Positions 30,276 through 39,834 of a DNA stretch of 64,000 bases are shown here, piece by piece. The translations under genes were made by a program, and so were the position numbers. Under the pieces are notes generated by a model that saw only the letters and a program-made list of their open reading frames with translations, was not told where the DNA came from and searched no databases. The DNA is from Candidatus Multivorans sp. Lineage in GTDB: Bacteria > Acidobacteriota > Thermoanaerobaculia > Multivoradales > Multivoraceae. The stretch covers positions 1,184,001 through 1,248,000 of the forward strand of contig OZ251997.1 of the NCBI GenBank assembly GCA_965247095.1, written 5' to 3'. Every line of letters begins with the position of its first letter. The stretch's first letter is position 1.

Positions 30276-30329
30276 CGGGAGCTAGTGTAGCGACTACACC
30301 ATTGGCCCCAACGACCTGAAGGAGCACTC

Positions 30330-30815
30330 ATGTCCCCGAACCGAGTGAAGGCTGCCGCGATCGGCGGCTCGATCGCAGGCGCCGCTTCCGAGATTCCGGT
30401 TCTCAACTTCCTCAACCTGGCCTGTTGCGCCCTCGTCGTCGGCGGCGCCCTGCTCGCCGTTCACCTGGCGCTCCGGAACGAACCGCCCACCGACAGCGCG
30501 CCCCTGGGCGCCGGCGCGGCGATCGGCGCCCTCTCGGGAGTGTTTGCCGCGGCCGTGGGCACAATCATCTCCATCCCGGTCACGCTGCTCATCGGCAACA
30601 TCGCGCAAGAGGGAATCGCGACCTTCCTGGAAAGCAGCGAGGCCCTTCAAATCGAGGGACTGCCACGGGATCTCCTGGAATCGCTGACCACCTCCAGTGA
30701 GGGAATCGTCATGAGCGCGCTGCTCCTGGGCCTCGTGTTCAGCCTGCTCCTCTACACGGTGTTCGCTGCCCTCGGCGGCATCCTGGGAGCTTCGCTCTTC
30801 CACAAGAAGGCCTAG
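30330..30815 (+). CDS. Hypothetical 4-TM membrane protein, paralog C
   Basis: AAIGG..NLACCALVVGG; AAGGAG RBS. Confidence 0.8.
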   Translation: MSPNRVKAAAIGGSIAGAASEIPVLNFLNLACCALVVGGALLAVHLALRNEPPTDSAPLGAGAAIGALSGVFAAAVGTIISIPVTLLIGNIAQEGIATFLESSEALQIEGLPRDLLESLTTSSEGIVMSALLLGLVFSLLLYTVFAALGGILGASLFHKKA

Positions 30816-30864
30816 TCCCCGGGCGCACCCACCGCCGGTATGATCGCGCCGTGAGGAGCGATCA

Positions 30865-32163
30865 GTGACCGGCTGGAACTCCATCCCCGAGCTCGGCAGC
30901 CTGATCGGCCAGGAGGTCCGGCTCCGCGGCTGGGTCGATGGCCGCCGTTCCAGCGGTCGGATCGGCTTCATCCAGCTCCGGGACTCGGGCGCCACCGTGC
31001 AGCTCGTGATCAGCCGCAAGGAGGTGGACGACGCCTCCTGGGAGGCGCTCCAACGCGCCACGCAGGAATCGACCGTCGAGGTAACCGGCGCCGCCGCCGC
31101 CGACCCGCGCTCGCCCGGCGGGGTCGAGATCCAGGTCTCGTCCCTGGTCCTGGTCCACGGCGCCGACGGCTACCCGATCACGCCGAAGGAGCACGGCACC
31201 GCCTTCCTGATGGACCATCGCCACCTCTGGCTGCGCTCCAGCCGCCAGCGGGCGGTGCTGCGGATCCGCAGCGAGGTCTGCCAGGCCATCCACGACTTCC
31301 ACCGCGAACGCGGCTACTACCTGGTCGACTCGCCGATCCTGACGCCGGCCGCCTGCGAGGGCACGTCTACCCTGTTCGAAACGCCGTACTTCGACCACGG
31401 CAACGCGTATCTCAGCCAGTCCGGCCAGCTCTACCTCGAACCGGCGGCCGCCGCCCTGGGCAAGGTCTACTGCTTCGGCCCCACCTTCCGGGCCGAGAAG
31501 TCGAAGACCCGGCGCCACCTGATGGAGTTCTGGATGGTCGAGCCGGAGGCTGCCTTCCTCGACTTCGAGGGCCTGTGCGAACTGGCCGAGGACTTCGTCG
31601 TCTACCTTGCGGAGAGGGTGCTGGAACACTGCGGCGACCCGCTCTCGATCCTCGAGCGGGACCGGTCCAAACTCGAAGCGATCCGCAAGCCCTTCCCGCG
31701 CCTCCGCTACGCGGAAGCGATCGATCTCCTGCGCCGCCAAGGGTCCGCCATCGAGTTCGGCGAGGACTTCGGCGCCCCGGAGGAGACAAGGGTCGCGCAG
31801 CAGTTCGATCGGCCGGTGATGGTCACCCACTACCCGACTTCGCTCAAGGCGTTCTACATGGCGCCCGACCCGGACGACCCGACCCTGGCCCTGGCGCTCG
31901 ACGTGATCGCTCCGGAGGGCTACGGCGAGATCATCGGCGGCAGCCAGCGCATCCACGACCACGATCTGCTGCTGTCGCGGCTCAAGGAGCACGATCTGCC
32001 GCTTGAGGCCTTCCAGTGGTATCTGGACATCCGCCGCTACGGCACGTTCGAGCACAGCGGCTTCGGCATGGGCGTGGAGCGCTTCGTCGCCTGGATGGCG
32101 GGCGTCCGCCACCTGCGGGAGACGATCCCCTACCCTCGAACGATGGACCGGATCTACCCCTGA
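30865..32163 (+). CDS. asnS: Asparagine--tRNA ligase
   Basis: HRHLWLRS, YLSQSGQLYLE, FRAEKSKTRRHL.EF, EIIGGSQR. Confidence 0.95.
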   Translation: MTGWNSIPELGSLIGQEVRLRGWVDGRRSSGRIGFIQLRDSGATVQLVISRKEVDDASWEALQRATQESTVEVTGAAAADPRSPGGVEIQVSSLVLVHGADGYPITPKEHGTAFLMDHRHLWLRSSRQRAVLRIRSEVCQAIHDFHRERGYYLVDSPILTPAACEGTSTLFETPYFDHGNAYLSQSGQLYLEPAAAALGKVYCFGPTFRAEKSKTRRHLMEFWMVEPEAAFLDFEGLCELAEDFVVYLAERVLEHCGDPLSILERDRSKLEAIRKPFPRLRYAEAIDLLRRQGSAIEFGEDFGAPEETRVAQQFDRPVMVTHYPTSLKAFYMAPDPDDPTLALALDVIAPEGYGEIIGGSQRIHDHDLLLSRLKEHDLPLEAFQWYLDIRRYGTFEHSGFGMGVERFVAWMAGVRHLRETIPYPRTMDRIYP

Positions 32164-32858
32164 CCCTGGGTCCCGATCAACTCGAAGAGAAGCTCGGCTA
32201 CCGGTTCGAGAACCGCGCGTTGCTCGACCAGGCCCTGACCCACACCTCCTTCGCCAACGAACAGGGGTTGGAGGAGCACAACGAGCGCCTCGAGTTCCTG
32301 GGCGACTCGGTGCTCGGTCTGATCGCGACCGGCTGGCTCTTCAACAGCCGACCGCTGGCGCCGGAGGGCGACCTGTCAAAGGTCAAGTCCCGGGTCGTGA
32401 GCGCGGAAGCGCTGGCACGCTGCGCACGGCGCCTGGAGCTCGGTGTGGCCCTCCGGCTCGGCCGCGGCGAGGAGCGCTCGGGGGGGCGCGACAAACAGTC
32501 GCTCCTCGCCTGTGCGCTCGAAGCCGTGATCGGCGCTGTGTTCGTCGACGGCGGTCTGGAGGCCGCCAGCGCCCTGGTCGAGCCATGGATCGAATCGGAG
32601 GCCGCTCTGGCAATCGACGATCCCGATGCCAAGTCGGACCTTCAGGAACTGCTGCAGGCGCAGGGCCTGGAGCCTCCCGTCTACCGCCACGTCGGCCGCG
32701 AGGGCCCCGATCACGATCCGCTCTTCCACGTCGAGTGCTTGATCGACGGCGAGACTGCGGCCAACGCGACGGGCCGATCGAAGAAGGCGGCCGAGCGCCG
32801 CGCGGCTGCCCGGGCACTGGCAGAGCTGTCCGCGCTCGACGTCGTCAGCGGCGCTTGA
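32160..32858 (+). CDS. rnc: Ribonuclease III
   Basis: ALTHTS, NERLEFLGDSVL, dsRBD (AKSDLQE..GPDH..G.SKK.AE); start uncertain. Confidence 0.93.
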   Translation: MTLGPDQLEEKLGYRFENRALLDQALTHTSFANEQGLEEHNERLEFLGDSVLGLIATGWLFNSRPLAPEGDLSKVKSRVVSAEALARCARRLELGVALRLGRGEERSGGRDKQSLLACALEAVIGAVFVDGGLEAASALVEPWIESEAALAIDDPDAKSDLQELLQAQGLEPPVYRHVGREGPDHDPLFHVECLIDGETAANATGRSKKAAERRAAARALAELSALDVVSGA

Positions 32859-34761
32859 ACCGGCGTTCCAGGTCGCGGTCGGTCAGTTCCAGCACCACCG
32901 GCCTGCCGTGCGGGCAGGTGTACGGGTGTTCGCAGGCGAAGAGCTCCCCGATCAGACTCTCCATCTTCTCCGCCGACAGCGCCTGGTGCATCTTGACCGC
33001 GGCGCGGCAGGCGCGGCTGGCCGCCAACTGGGTCAGGAGGTACTCCGCCAGCGCCTCCTCCTCGCTCGGCAGCTCGTCGCCGCCGGCGACCCGGGTCGCG
33101 ATCCGCAGCACCAGGTTCTCCGCCTCGGCGTCGGGCAGCACGGCCGGAATCGCCGTGATCGCGGCGCTGCCGCCGGACAGGCTGCTGACCGAATAGCCGC
33201 ACCGCGCCAGCCCCGCGGAACATTCCTCAAGCGCCGCGTTCTCGGCCGCGGACAGTTCGAGAACCCGCGGCACGAGCAGACTCTGGCTGGCCGACTGCTG
33301 CTCGCCAAGACTGCGGCGGAACCGTTCGTACAGGATGCGCTCGTGGGCCACATGCTGGTCCACGACCAGCAGGGACTCCGGCCCCTCGAGCAGGATCATC
33401 GCGCCCTTGTACTGCCCGATCAGCCGGAGCGACTCGCGGCCGCGGCCCGACAGGGGTACCGGGGCGGAGGGCGCCGGCCTGTAGGCGACCTCCGCCAGCT
33501 TCCCCGCCGGCCCCACCTGCCCGCCGCCGTAACGGGCGGCGAGTTCCTCGGCCCAGGCGGGCGCCGCCGGCGCCGGATCGCCTTCCTCCCGGCCGCCGTC
33601 CCTGCCCGAGCCGGCGCGCCGCCAGGACATCCCACCGCCGGTCTCACGGACTTCTCCCATGCCGGTCCAGGCCGGGGGCGCCACCGGCCCGTCCAACTCA
33701 CGCAGCGGCGCCGGCTCCTCGCCCTTTGCCGCCTCCAGCCCCTTGCGGAGCGCACTGCCGATTCGCCCGAGCAGCGCCGCATCGCGGAAGCGGACCTCCG
33801 CCTTCTGGGGATGGACGTTCACGTCGACCGACTCCGGCGGCACGTCGAGGAACAGGAACAAGGCCGGCGCCGGGTCGCCCTTCATCAGGTCCCGGACCGC
33901 TTTGTAATAGATCCCGAGCACCGCCCGGTCCCGCAACAGGCGGCCGTTGACGAAGACGAACTGCCGCCGGCCCCTGGAGGTCTCCCGGTCGCCGACGAAG
34001 CCGTCGACACCCTGCCGCCTCCTGGCCTCGGGCAGCGGAATGAGGTGATTCGCCAGATCCGATCCGAACAACTGGGCGATCCGTTCAAGCCGGCCGGCCG
34101 AGTCGTTTCCGGTCGCCTGAGTGCGCAGCACCTCCCTCCGCGGAGACGCGCTGTCCGGGCTGTGGCGCAGGACGAAGGTTACATCGGGGCGCGCCAGGGC
34201 GTACCCCTGGACCACCGTCGTCGCATGCCGCAGTTCGGTCGCCGGCCGCTTGAGGAACTGCTTGCGCGCCGGCACGTTGTAGAACAGCGACTCCACCGTC
34301 ACCGTCGTGCCGCGGGGCCGGCTGACCGGCTCGTCGATCGTGACCTTCCCCCCCTCGACCAGGAGTCGGTGGCCGTCGCCGGCGGTCCGCGCCGTCAGCA
34401 GTTCGCACTTCGAGACCGCGGCGATCGAGGACAGCGCCTCGCCGCGAAAACCCAGCGTCGCGACTTCGAGAAGGTCCTCGAAGGAGCCGATCTTGCTCGT
34501 CGCGTGGCGTTCGACAGCCAGTATCGCTTCGTCGGCGGCGATGCCGCTGCCGTCGTCCACGACCACGATCAGGTCCTTGCCGCCATCCACAAGATCGACT
34601 TCGATCCGTGTGGCGCCCGCGTCGAGCGCATTCTCGACCAGCTCCTTGACCACCGACGACGGGCGCTCCACGACCTCGCCGGCCGCGATCTTGGAGATCA
34701 GCGTATCGGGAAGCCGCTGCAGCGGGCGGCGCCCGGGCGCGCCTTGCCGGTCCGGCCCCAT
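32845..34761 (-). CDS. mutL: DNA mismatch repair endonuclease MutL
   Basis: IAAGEVVERP, GFRGEAL, DVNVHPQK, endonuclease motifs DQHVAHERILYE, ACR, CPHGRP. Confidence 0.96.
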   Translation of the reverse strand: MGPDRQGAPGRRPLQRLPDTLISKIAAGEVVERPSSVVKELVENALDAGATRIEVDLVDGGKDLIVVVDDGSGIAADEAILAVERHATSKIGSFEDLLEVATLGFRGEALSSIAAVSKCELLTARTAGDGHRLLVEGGKVTIDEPVSRPRGTTVTVESLFYNVPARKQFLKRPATELRHATTVVQGYALARPDVTFVLRHSPDSASPRREVLRTQATGNDSAGRLERIAQLFGSDLANHLIPLPEARRRQGVDGFVGDRETSRGRRQFVFVNGRLLRDRAVLGIYYKAVRDLMKGDPAPALFLFLDVPPESVDVNVHPQKAEVRFRDAALLGRIGSALRKGLEAAKGEEPAPLRELDGPVAPPAWTGMGEVRETGGGMSWRRAGSGRDGGREEGDPAPAAPAWAEELAARYGGGQVGPAGKLAEVAYRPAPSAPVPLSGRGRESLRLIGQYKGAMILLEGPESLLVVDQHVAHERILYERFRRSLGEQQSASQSLLVPRVLELSAAENAALEECSAGLARCGYSVSSLSGGSAAITAIPAVLPDAEAENLVLRIATRVAGGDELPSEEEALAEYLLTQLAASRACRAAVKMHQALSAEKMESLIGELFACEHPYTCPHGRPVVLELTDRDLERRFKRR

Positions 34762-35525
34762 CACGGCGCCACATCCCGCAGCGTCCGCTGCATCACACCG
34801 TAGCTGCGCAGTTCCTTGCCCAGGAAGGCGCGCCGGACCTCGCGCGCAATCGCCTCCACCGACTTCAACGTCGCTTCCTCGACCCCTCCGTTCTCCTGGA
34901 GCCCCGGAAGGTCCGCGGCGCCGATGCGGCGCAGGAAGGAAAGGGCGGGCTCGGAGACCCGGCGATTCGCGCCCGCGCCGGCGCCGCACGCAGGGCACAG
35001 CAGGCCGGCCGCGTCGGCCGCCAGAACGGCCTCGTCACCGAGCGCGGCGCCGCAGGACGGACAGTGCCGGGGCGCCGGGAACACGCCGCTCAGCCGCAGA
35101 GTCCAACATTCCAGGTAGCGCGCCGCCAGCGAGCGATCGCAACCGGCGATCAGCGCCTGCACGGTCGAGTCCAGAAGCCGGTAGAGGTGGTTGTCCGGTT
35201 CGTGCTCCTGCGCGAACACCTGCATGTGCTCGGCGAGATACGAGGAGACGAGAATCCCCTCCAGGTCGTTGTGCAGGGCCCCGGGGCTCCTGATCATCTC
35301 CGCGTCACCGAGCCGGACCAGGTCCCGGTCGGGCTTCTCGAACCAGGACAGGTGCACCTTCGCCAGTTGCTGCAGTTCGCCGCCGAAGCGGCTGAAGCGC
35401 GCCCGGGCGCTGCGTGCGGCGCCTCGCTTGAGCCCCCAGTCGCGGCTGAGGAAGACGACGATCCGGTCGCGCTCGTGAAGGTCGATGGTCTGAAGCAGCA
35501 GTGCCTCACCGCTTCGCCGCTTCAT
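34761..35525 (-). CDS. recO: DNA repair protein RecO
   Basis: ERDRIVVFLS..G OB-fold, CPSC...CPAC zinc finger. Confidence 0.9.
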   Translation of the reverse strand: MKRRSGEALLLQTIDLHERDRIVVFLSRDWGLKRGAARSARARFSRFGGELQQLAKVHLSWFEKPDRDLVRLGDAEMIRSPGALHNDLEGILVSSYLAEHMQVFAQEHEPDNHLYRLLDSTVQALIAGCDRSLAARYLECWTLRLSGVFPAPRHCPSCGAALGDEAVLAADAAGLLCPACGAGAGANRRVSEPALSFLRRIGAADLPGLQENGGVEEATLKSVEAIAREVRRAFLGKELRSYGVMQRTLRDVAP

Positions 35526-35540
35526 GGTTCCATCTTCCGC

Positions 35541-36911
35541 TCAGCGAACCAGCCAGTCGATCATCAGGGCGGCGAGGCCGAAGTACACGAGGATGCCGGT
35601 GATGTCGCTGAAGGTCGTGACCATGGGGCCGCTTGCCACCGCCGGGTCGATGCCCATCCGCTCGAAGGCCATCGGCAGGAGCGAACCGATCAGCGACGCG
35701 AGCACGATGGCGACGAACAGGGAACTCGCGACCACCGCGCTGAAGGCCGGGTTCTGTTCGAGGAACGCCGCGGCCCCGGCGGCGATCGTCGAGCAGACCA
35801 GGCCCACGACGAGACCGATGCGGATCTGCTGCATCAGGAAGCGCCGCATCCGGCCGCCGCCTTCGCCGATTCTGCCGGTGGCCAGACCGCGCACGGTCAA
35901 GGTCATCGTCTGGCTGCCGATGTTGCCGCCCATGCCCATGACCACCGGGGCGAAGGCGAGCAGAAAGACCGCGTCCAGTCTGAGCTGGAACTGCTTCATC
36001 AAGATGCCCGTCAACGTCAGGCCGATCAGGTTGACGAGCAGCCAGGGCAACCGGATACCCGCGACCCGCCAGGCTCGCTCGCGGTACAGCAACTCGTCGT
36101 CCGAGGTACCGACCATCTTGTAGAAGTCCTCTTCCGCCTCCTCCTGCACGATGTCGATCACGTCGTCGACGGTCACGAGACCCAGCAGACGGCGACGGTC
36201 GTCGACCACGGGGATGGCAAGGAAGTCATAGCGCGAGGTGAGCCGCGCCACCTCCTCCTGGTCCGTATCGGTGTTGGCGGTGACCAGACCGCGGTTCATG
36301 ATCTCGCCCAGGGTGCGGCTCGGAACCGAGAGCAGGAGCTGCCGCAGCGACAGGACCCCGACCAGGCGGCCCTCCGGATCGACGACATAGAGGTAGAAGA
36401 TCATCTCGACCTCGCCGTGCTCCTGGATCTTGGCGATCGCGTCGCCGACCGGGGTGTCCTCCGGCAGGGAGAAGAACTCCGTGTTCATGATCCGCCCGGC
36501 CGTGTCCTCCTCGTAAGCGAACTGCGTCTGCAGCTCGTCCCGGTCGGGCCGGTCGAGCAGCGCCAGCACGGACTCGCGCAGTTCGTCCTCGAGGCCGTCC
36601 ACGATCTCGACGCTGTCGTCGACCGCCAGCGGTGCGAGCAGCCCGGCGATCTCGCCCGGAGTGAGTTCCTCCAGCAACGGCCGCCGTTCGCCGGGCTCCA
36701 GCTCCAGCAGTACTTCGCCGGCCGAGTCCGGGTAGTCCTCGAGCGCCAGCCGGACCACGAACAACTGCTCCGTGGGCACCAGCTTCCGCAGCGCCGCGGC
36801 GACGTCTACCGGCCGCACCTTGCTCAGCACGCGCGACAGGTTTCGCCGCGCTCCGCGGCGCGCCAACCGGCGCATCGTGTCGCCGAGAATCTCTACCCGC
36901 TGGATGGACAT
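35541..36911 (-). CDS. mgtE: Magnesium transporter MgtE
   Basis: TAGRIM, CBS pair, RLPWL, GGNIGSQ, DPAVASGP.VTT..D. Confidence 0.95.
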   Translation of the reverse strand: MSIQRVEILGDTMRRLARRGARRNLSRVLSKVRPVDVAAALRKLVPTEQLFVVRLALEDYPDSAGEVLLELEPGERRPLLEELTPGEIAGLLAPLAVDDSVEIVDGLEDELRESVLALLDRPDRDELQTQFAYEEDTAGRIMNTEFFSLPEDTPVGDAIAKIQEHGEVEMIFYLYVVDPEGRLVGVLSLRQLLLSVPSRTLGEIMNRGLVTANTDTDQEEVARLTSRYDFLAIPVVDDRRRLLGLVTVDDVIDIVQEEAEEDFYKMVGTSDDELLYRERAWRVAGIRLPWLLVNLIGLTLTGILMKQFQLRLDAVFLLAFAPVVMGMGGNIGSQTMTLTVRGLATGRIGEGGGRMRRFLMQQIRIGLVVGLVCSTIAAGAAAFLEQNPAFSAVVASSLFVAIVLASLIGSLLPMAFERMGIDPAVASGPMVTTFSDITGILVYFGLAALMIDWLVR

Positions 36912-36989
36912 GGCGGGCCGCATCGTACCAGCCGGGGACCAGCAACCCGCCCCGGAGTAGCGCCCGCGGCGCTTCTAAGCCAAGCCTCT

Positions 36990-37466
36990 TCAGGGAGTTG
37001 GACCGACCTCGAAGACGGCGTCGATCTCGACCGGCACATTGAACGGCAGCTTGTTCGTGCCCACCGCGAAGCGGGCGTGCCGCCCCTTGTCGCCGAACAC
37101 CTCCACCATTAGGTCCGAAGCGCCGTTGATCACCGCCGGGTGATTGTCGAAGTCGTCGCTGCAGTTGACGAAGCCGCCGAGCTTCACGCAGCGGCGGACG
37201 CGCTCCAGATCGCCGTCGCAGGCGGCCGCGACCACGGCGACGATGTTCACGCCGACCAGGCGGGCCGCCTCCCGGGCCTCCTCCAGCGAGTACTCCACGC
37301 CCACCTTGCCGCGGTAGGCCAGCCGCCCGTCCTTCACCGGCACCTGGCCGGAGACGAAGACGAGCGATCCCGTGCGCACGTAGGGCACGTAGTTCGCGGC
37401 CGGCGCCGCGGGCGCGGGGAGTTCCAGGCCGAGCGCCGCAAGGCGCTCCTTGACGGTGGTCGTCAT
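36990..37466 (-). CDS. RidA/YjgF family protein
   Basis: PAANYVP, VSGQVP, NGASDL, GRHARFAVG. Confidence 0.9.
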   Translation of the reverse strand: MTTTVKERLAALGLELPAPAAPAANYVPYVRTGSLVFVSGQVPVKDGRLAYRGKVGVEYSLEEAREAARLVGVNIVAVVAAACDGDLERVRRCVKLGGFVNCSDDFDNHPAVINGASDLMVEVFGDKGRHARFAVGTNKLPFNVPVEIDAVFEVGPTP

Positions 37467-37491
37467 CTCAACGGCTCCTGCGAGTCCATCT

Positions 37492-38412
37492 CTACGAGTA
37501 AGCGGCGAACAGTTCCTCGAACGCCTTGAGCTGGTTGCCGGCCGCGGAGGACGGCACCAGGATGGGCGTGCCGATACCGGCGTCGATCCAGCGCTCGACG
37601 CCGTCGCGGACCTCCGCCGCGGTGCCGAACAGCGTGCAGTCGGCCAGCCAGCGGTCGGAGAGCAGACCCGGAATGCGGTCCATCTCGCGGCGTTCGACTG
37701 CCTGCTCCACGGCCTCCATCTCCTCCACGTAGCCGGCCGCCTTCCAGTAGTTGCGGTAGTTCGGCAGCAGGACGTACCGGGAGAGCGTCTTCCGGTTGCG
37801 CGCCACCGCCAGGTCGCGGTCGTCGCAGATCACGGTCGGGATCATGTTGCCGACGAAGAAACCCGGATCGGCGGCCCGCTTCCCCGCCGCCGCCAACGAA
37901 TGGCCCATGTGCGACCGTGCGCCGTTCGCGAACACCATGCCGTCGGCGATCTCGGCGGCGGTGGCGATCATTCGGTCGCGCAGCGTAGCGAGGACGATGG
38001 GCGGCAGTTCGCCGGCCCCCCGCACCGCCTTCAGCTCCTCCACGAAGGCGCGGATGTCGCCCAGCGGCTTGCCGGCGGTGACGCCCAGCCGCGCGTGAGC
38101 CGGCGCGTGGCTGACGCCGACGCCGAACCAGAAGCGGCCCTTCGACACCTCGTGGATGAAGGACGCCGTGTGGGCAAACTCCGTCACATGGCGCGTGTAG
38201 ATGTTCACGATCGAGGTGCCGAAGTGAATCCGGTCGGTACAAAGCGCAATCGCCTCGCAAAGCGCCAGACCGTCGCCCATGCTCGGGCAGTAGATGCCGC
38301 TGAAACCGCGGCGTTCGATCTCCGCGGCCAGGTCGAGGGTCAGCCGGCGCCGGCCGGGGACGGCGGCGAGCGAGATCGCGGGGGCGCGTTCGCCCATTGG
38401 TGAACTCGTCAT
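37492..38412 (-). CDS. Luciferase-like (LLM) flavin/F420-dependent oxidoreductase
   Basis: GTSIVNIYTR, SKGRFWFGVGVSH. Confidence 0.85.
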   Translation of the reverse strand: MTSSPMGERAPAISLAAVPGRRRLTLDLAAEIERRGFSGIYCPSMGDGLALCEAIALCTDRIHFGTSIVNIYTRHVTEFAHTASFIHEVSKGRFWFGVGVSHAPAHARLGVTAGKPLGDIRAFVEELKAVRGAGELPPIVLATLRDRMIATAAEIADGMVFANGARSHMGHSLAAAGKRAADPGFFVGNMIPTVICDDRDLAVARNRKTLSRYVLLPNYRNYWKAAGYVEEMEAVEQAVERREMDRIPGLLSDRWLADCTLFGTAAEVRDGVERWIDAGIGTPILVPSSAAGNQLKAFEELFAAYS

Positions 38413-38485
38413 GGCCGCGGCAGGGTATCAGCGCGCCAGCGCCCGGCGGGCGACCCCGGCGGAGACCGCTACGCTACTGCGCGCA

Positions 38486-39742
38486 ATGAAAGCACTCCAC
38501 GCCAATCAGGTCGGCGATCTGCTCCGGCCCGGCATGAAGGTGGCCGTCTTCGGCGGGGCCAGCGAGCCGCGTGGCATCGCCGCGGCACTTCACCAGCAGC
38601 CCGAGGCGACCCGGGACGTCGAGTTCCTGGTCACCCGCATCCCCGGCGTTTCTTCCTCGACGCTCGAACCCTGGGCCGGCGCCACGGTGCGGTCCTTCTT
38701 CGTCACGCCGGAACTGCGGACCGGCTTCGAAGCCGGTTCGGTCCGCTTCGTGCCGATGCAGTACCGCCACATCTGGGATCACTTTCTCTCCAGTCCGATC
38801 GACCTGGCGATCGCCCAGTTCACGCCGCCCGACCGGCACGGGAACTGCTCGCTCGGCCTCGGCGTGGAGTTCCTGCCGGCGCTTCTCGAGCGCGCCGACG
38901 TTCCCTTCGTCGCCGAGTGGAACCGGGCCCTGCCCCGCCTGCCCGGCGCACCCACGGTACCGGTCGAGCGGTTCGACTACGCGGTCGAGACGGAGGTCGA
39001 GCCGCCGTCCCTCGCCAGCCCGCCGAGCCCCGCCGCCGAGCGCATCGGCTCTCGGGTCGTCGAGTTGATTCGGGACGGCGACTGCATCGAAACCGGGATC
39101 GGCGCGATCCCGGGCGCGGTGCTCGCCGCGCTGCGCTCTCACCGGGACCTGGGTTTCCACTCCGGCCTGCTCTCCGACGGCGTGATGAACCTGGCCGAGG
39201 CCGGAGCACTCAGCGGTGCGCGCAAGACGATCGACAGCGGCCGAATCGTCGCCGGCATGGTCCTCGGCTCGCCCGCGCTCTACGACTGGGCCCGCGAATG
39301 CCGCACCCTTGACCTTCGTGGGGCCGACTACACCCACGACGTACGCGTCCTGGCCCGGATCGACCGCTTCGTGGCAATCAACTCGGCGGTCGAGGTCGAC
39401 CTCTTCGGCCAGATCAACTCGGAAGTCGTGCGCGGACGCCAAATCAGCGGCACCGGCGGCGCGGTGGACTTCATGCGCGGCGCCCTGATGTCTCGCGGCG
39501 GCCGCTCGATCGTCGCCTTCGAGGCGACCGCGGGCGGGGGCCGATTCTCCCGGATCGTGCCCGCGTTGCCGGCGGGCAACGCCGCCACCGCGCTGCGCAC
39601 GGACGCGGACATCTTCGTCACCGAGTACGGCGTCGCCCGGGTCCGCGGGCTCGACGCCGTGGAACGCGCGCGAGCGCTGGTCCGCATCGCAGCCCCGCAG
39701 TTCCGGGGACGGTTGGAAGAGCAGGCGGCGGCCGGTCCCTGA
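38486..39742 (+). CDS. Acetyl-CoA hydrolase / 4-hydroxybutyrate CoA-transferase family protein
   Basis: GIGAIP, AINSAVEVDLFGQ, SGTGGAVDF, VTEYGVA. Confidence 0.88.
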   Translation: MKALHANQVGDLLRPGMKVAVFGGASEPRGIAAALHQQPEATRDVEFLVTRIPGVSSSTLEPWAGATVRSFFVTPELRTGFEAGSVRFVPMQYRHIWDHFLSSPIDLAIAQFTPPDRHGNCSLGLGVEFLPALLERADVPFVAEWNRALPRLPGAPTVPVERFDYAVETEVEPPSLASPPSPAAERIGSRVVELIRDGDCIETGIGAIPGAVLAALRSHRDLGFHSGLLSDGVMNLAEAGALSGARKTIDSGRIVAGMVLGSPALYDWARECRTLDLRGADYTHDVRVLARIDRFVAINSAVEVDLFGQINSEVVRGRQISGTGGAVDFMRGALMSRGGRSIVAFEATAGGGRFSRIVPALPAGNAATALRTDADIFVTEYGVARVRGLDAVERARALVRIAAPQFRGRLEEQAAAGP

Positions 39743-39834
39743 CGGCTGGGGCGCGGTGTCTCCCTGGGTTGTGGCAAGCTCGCCACGGTCCCCTTCGACT
39801 CAATAGTTGCCCCAACGCGCGGAAAGGAGCCCTC

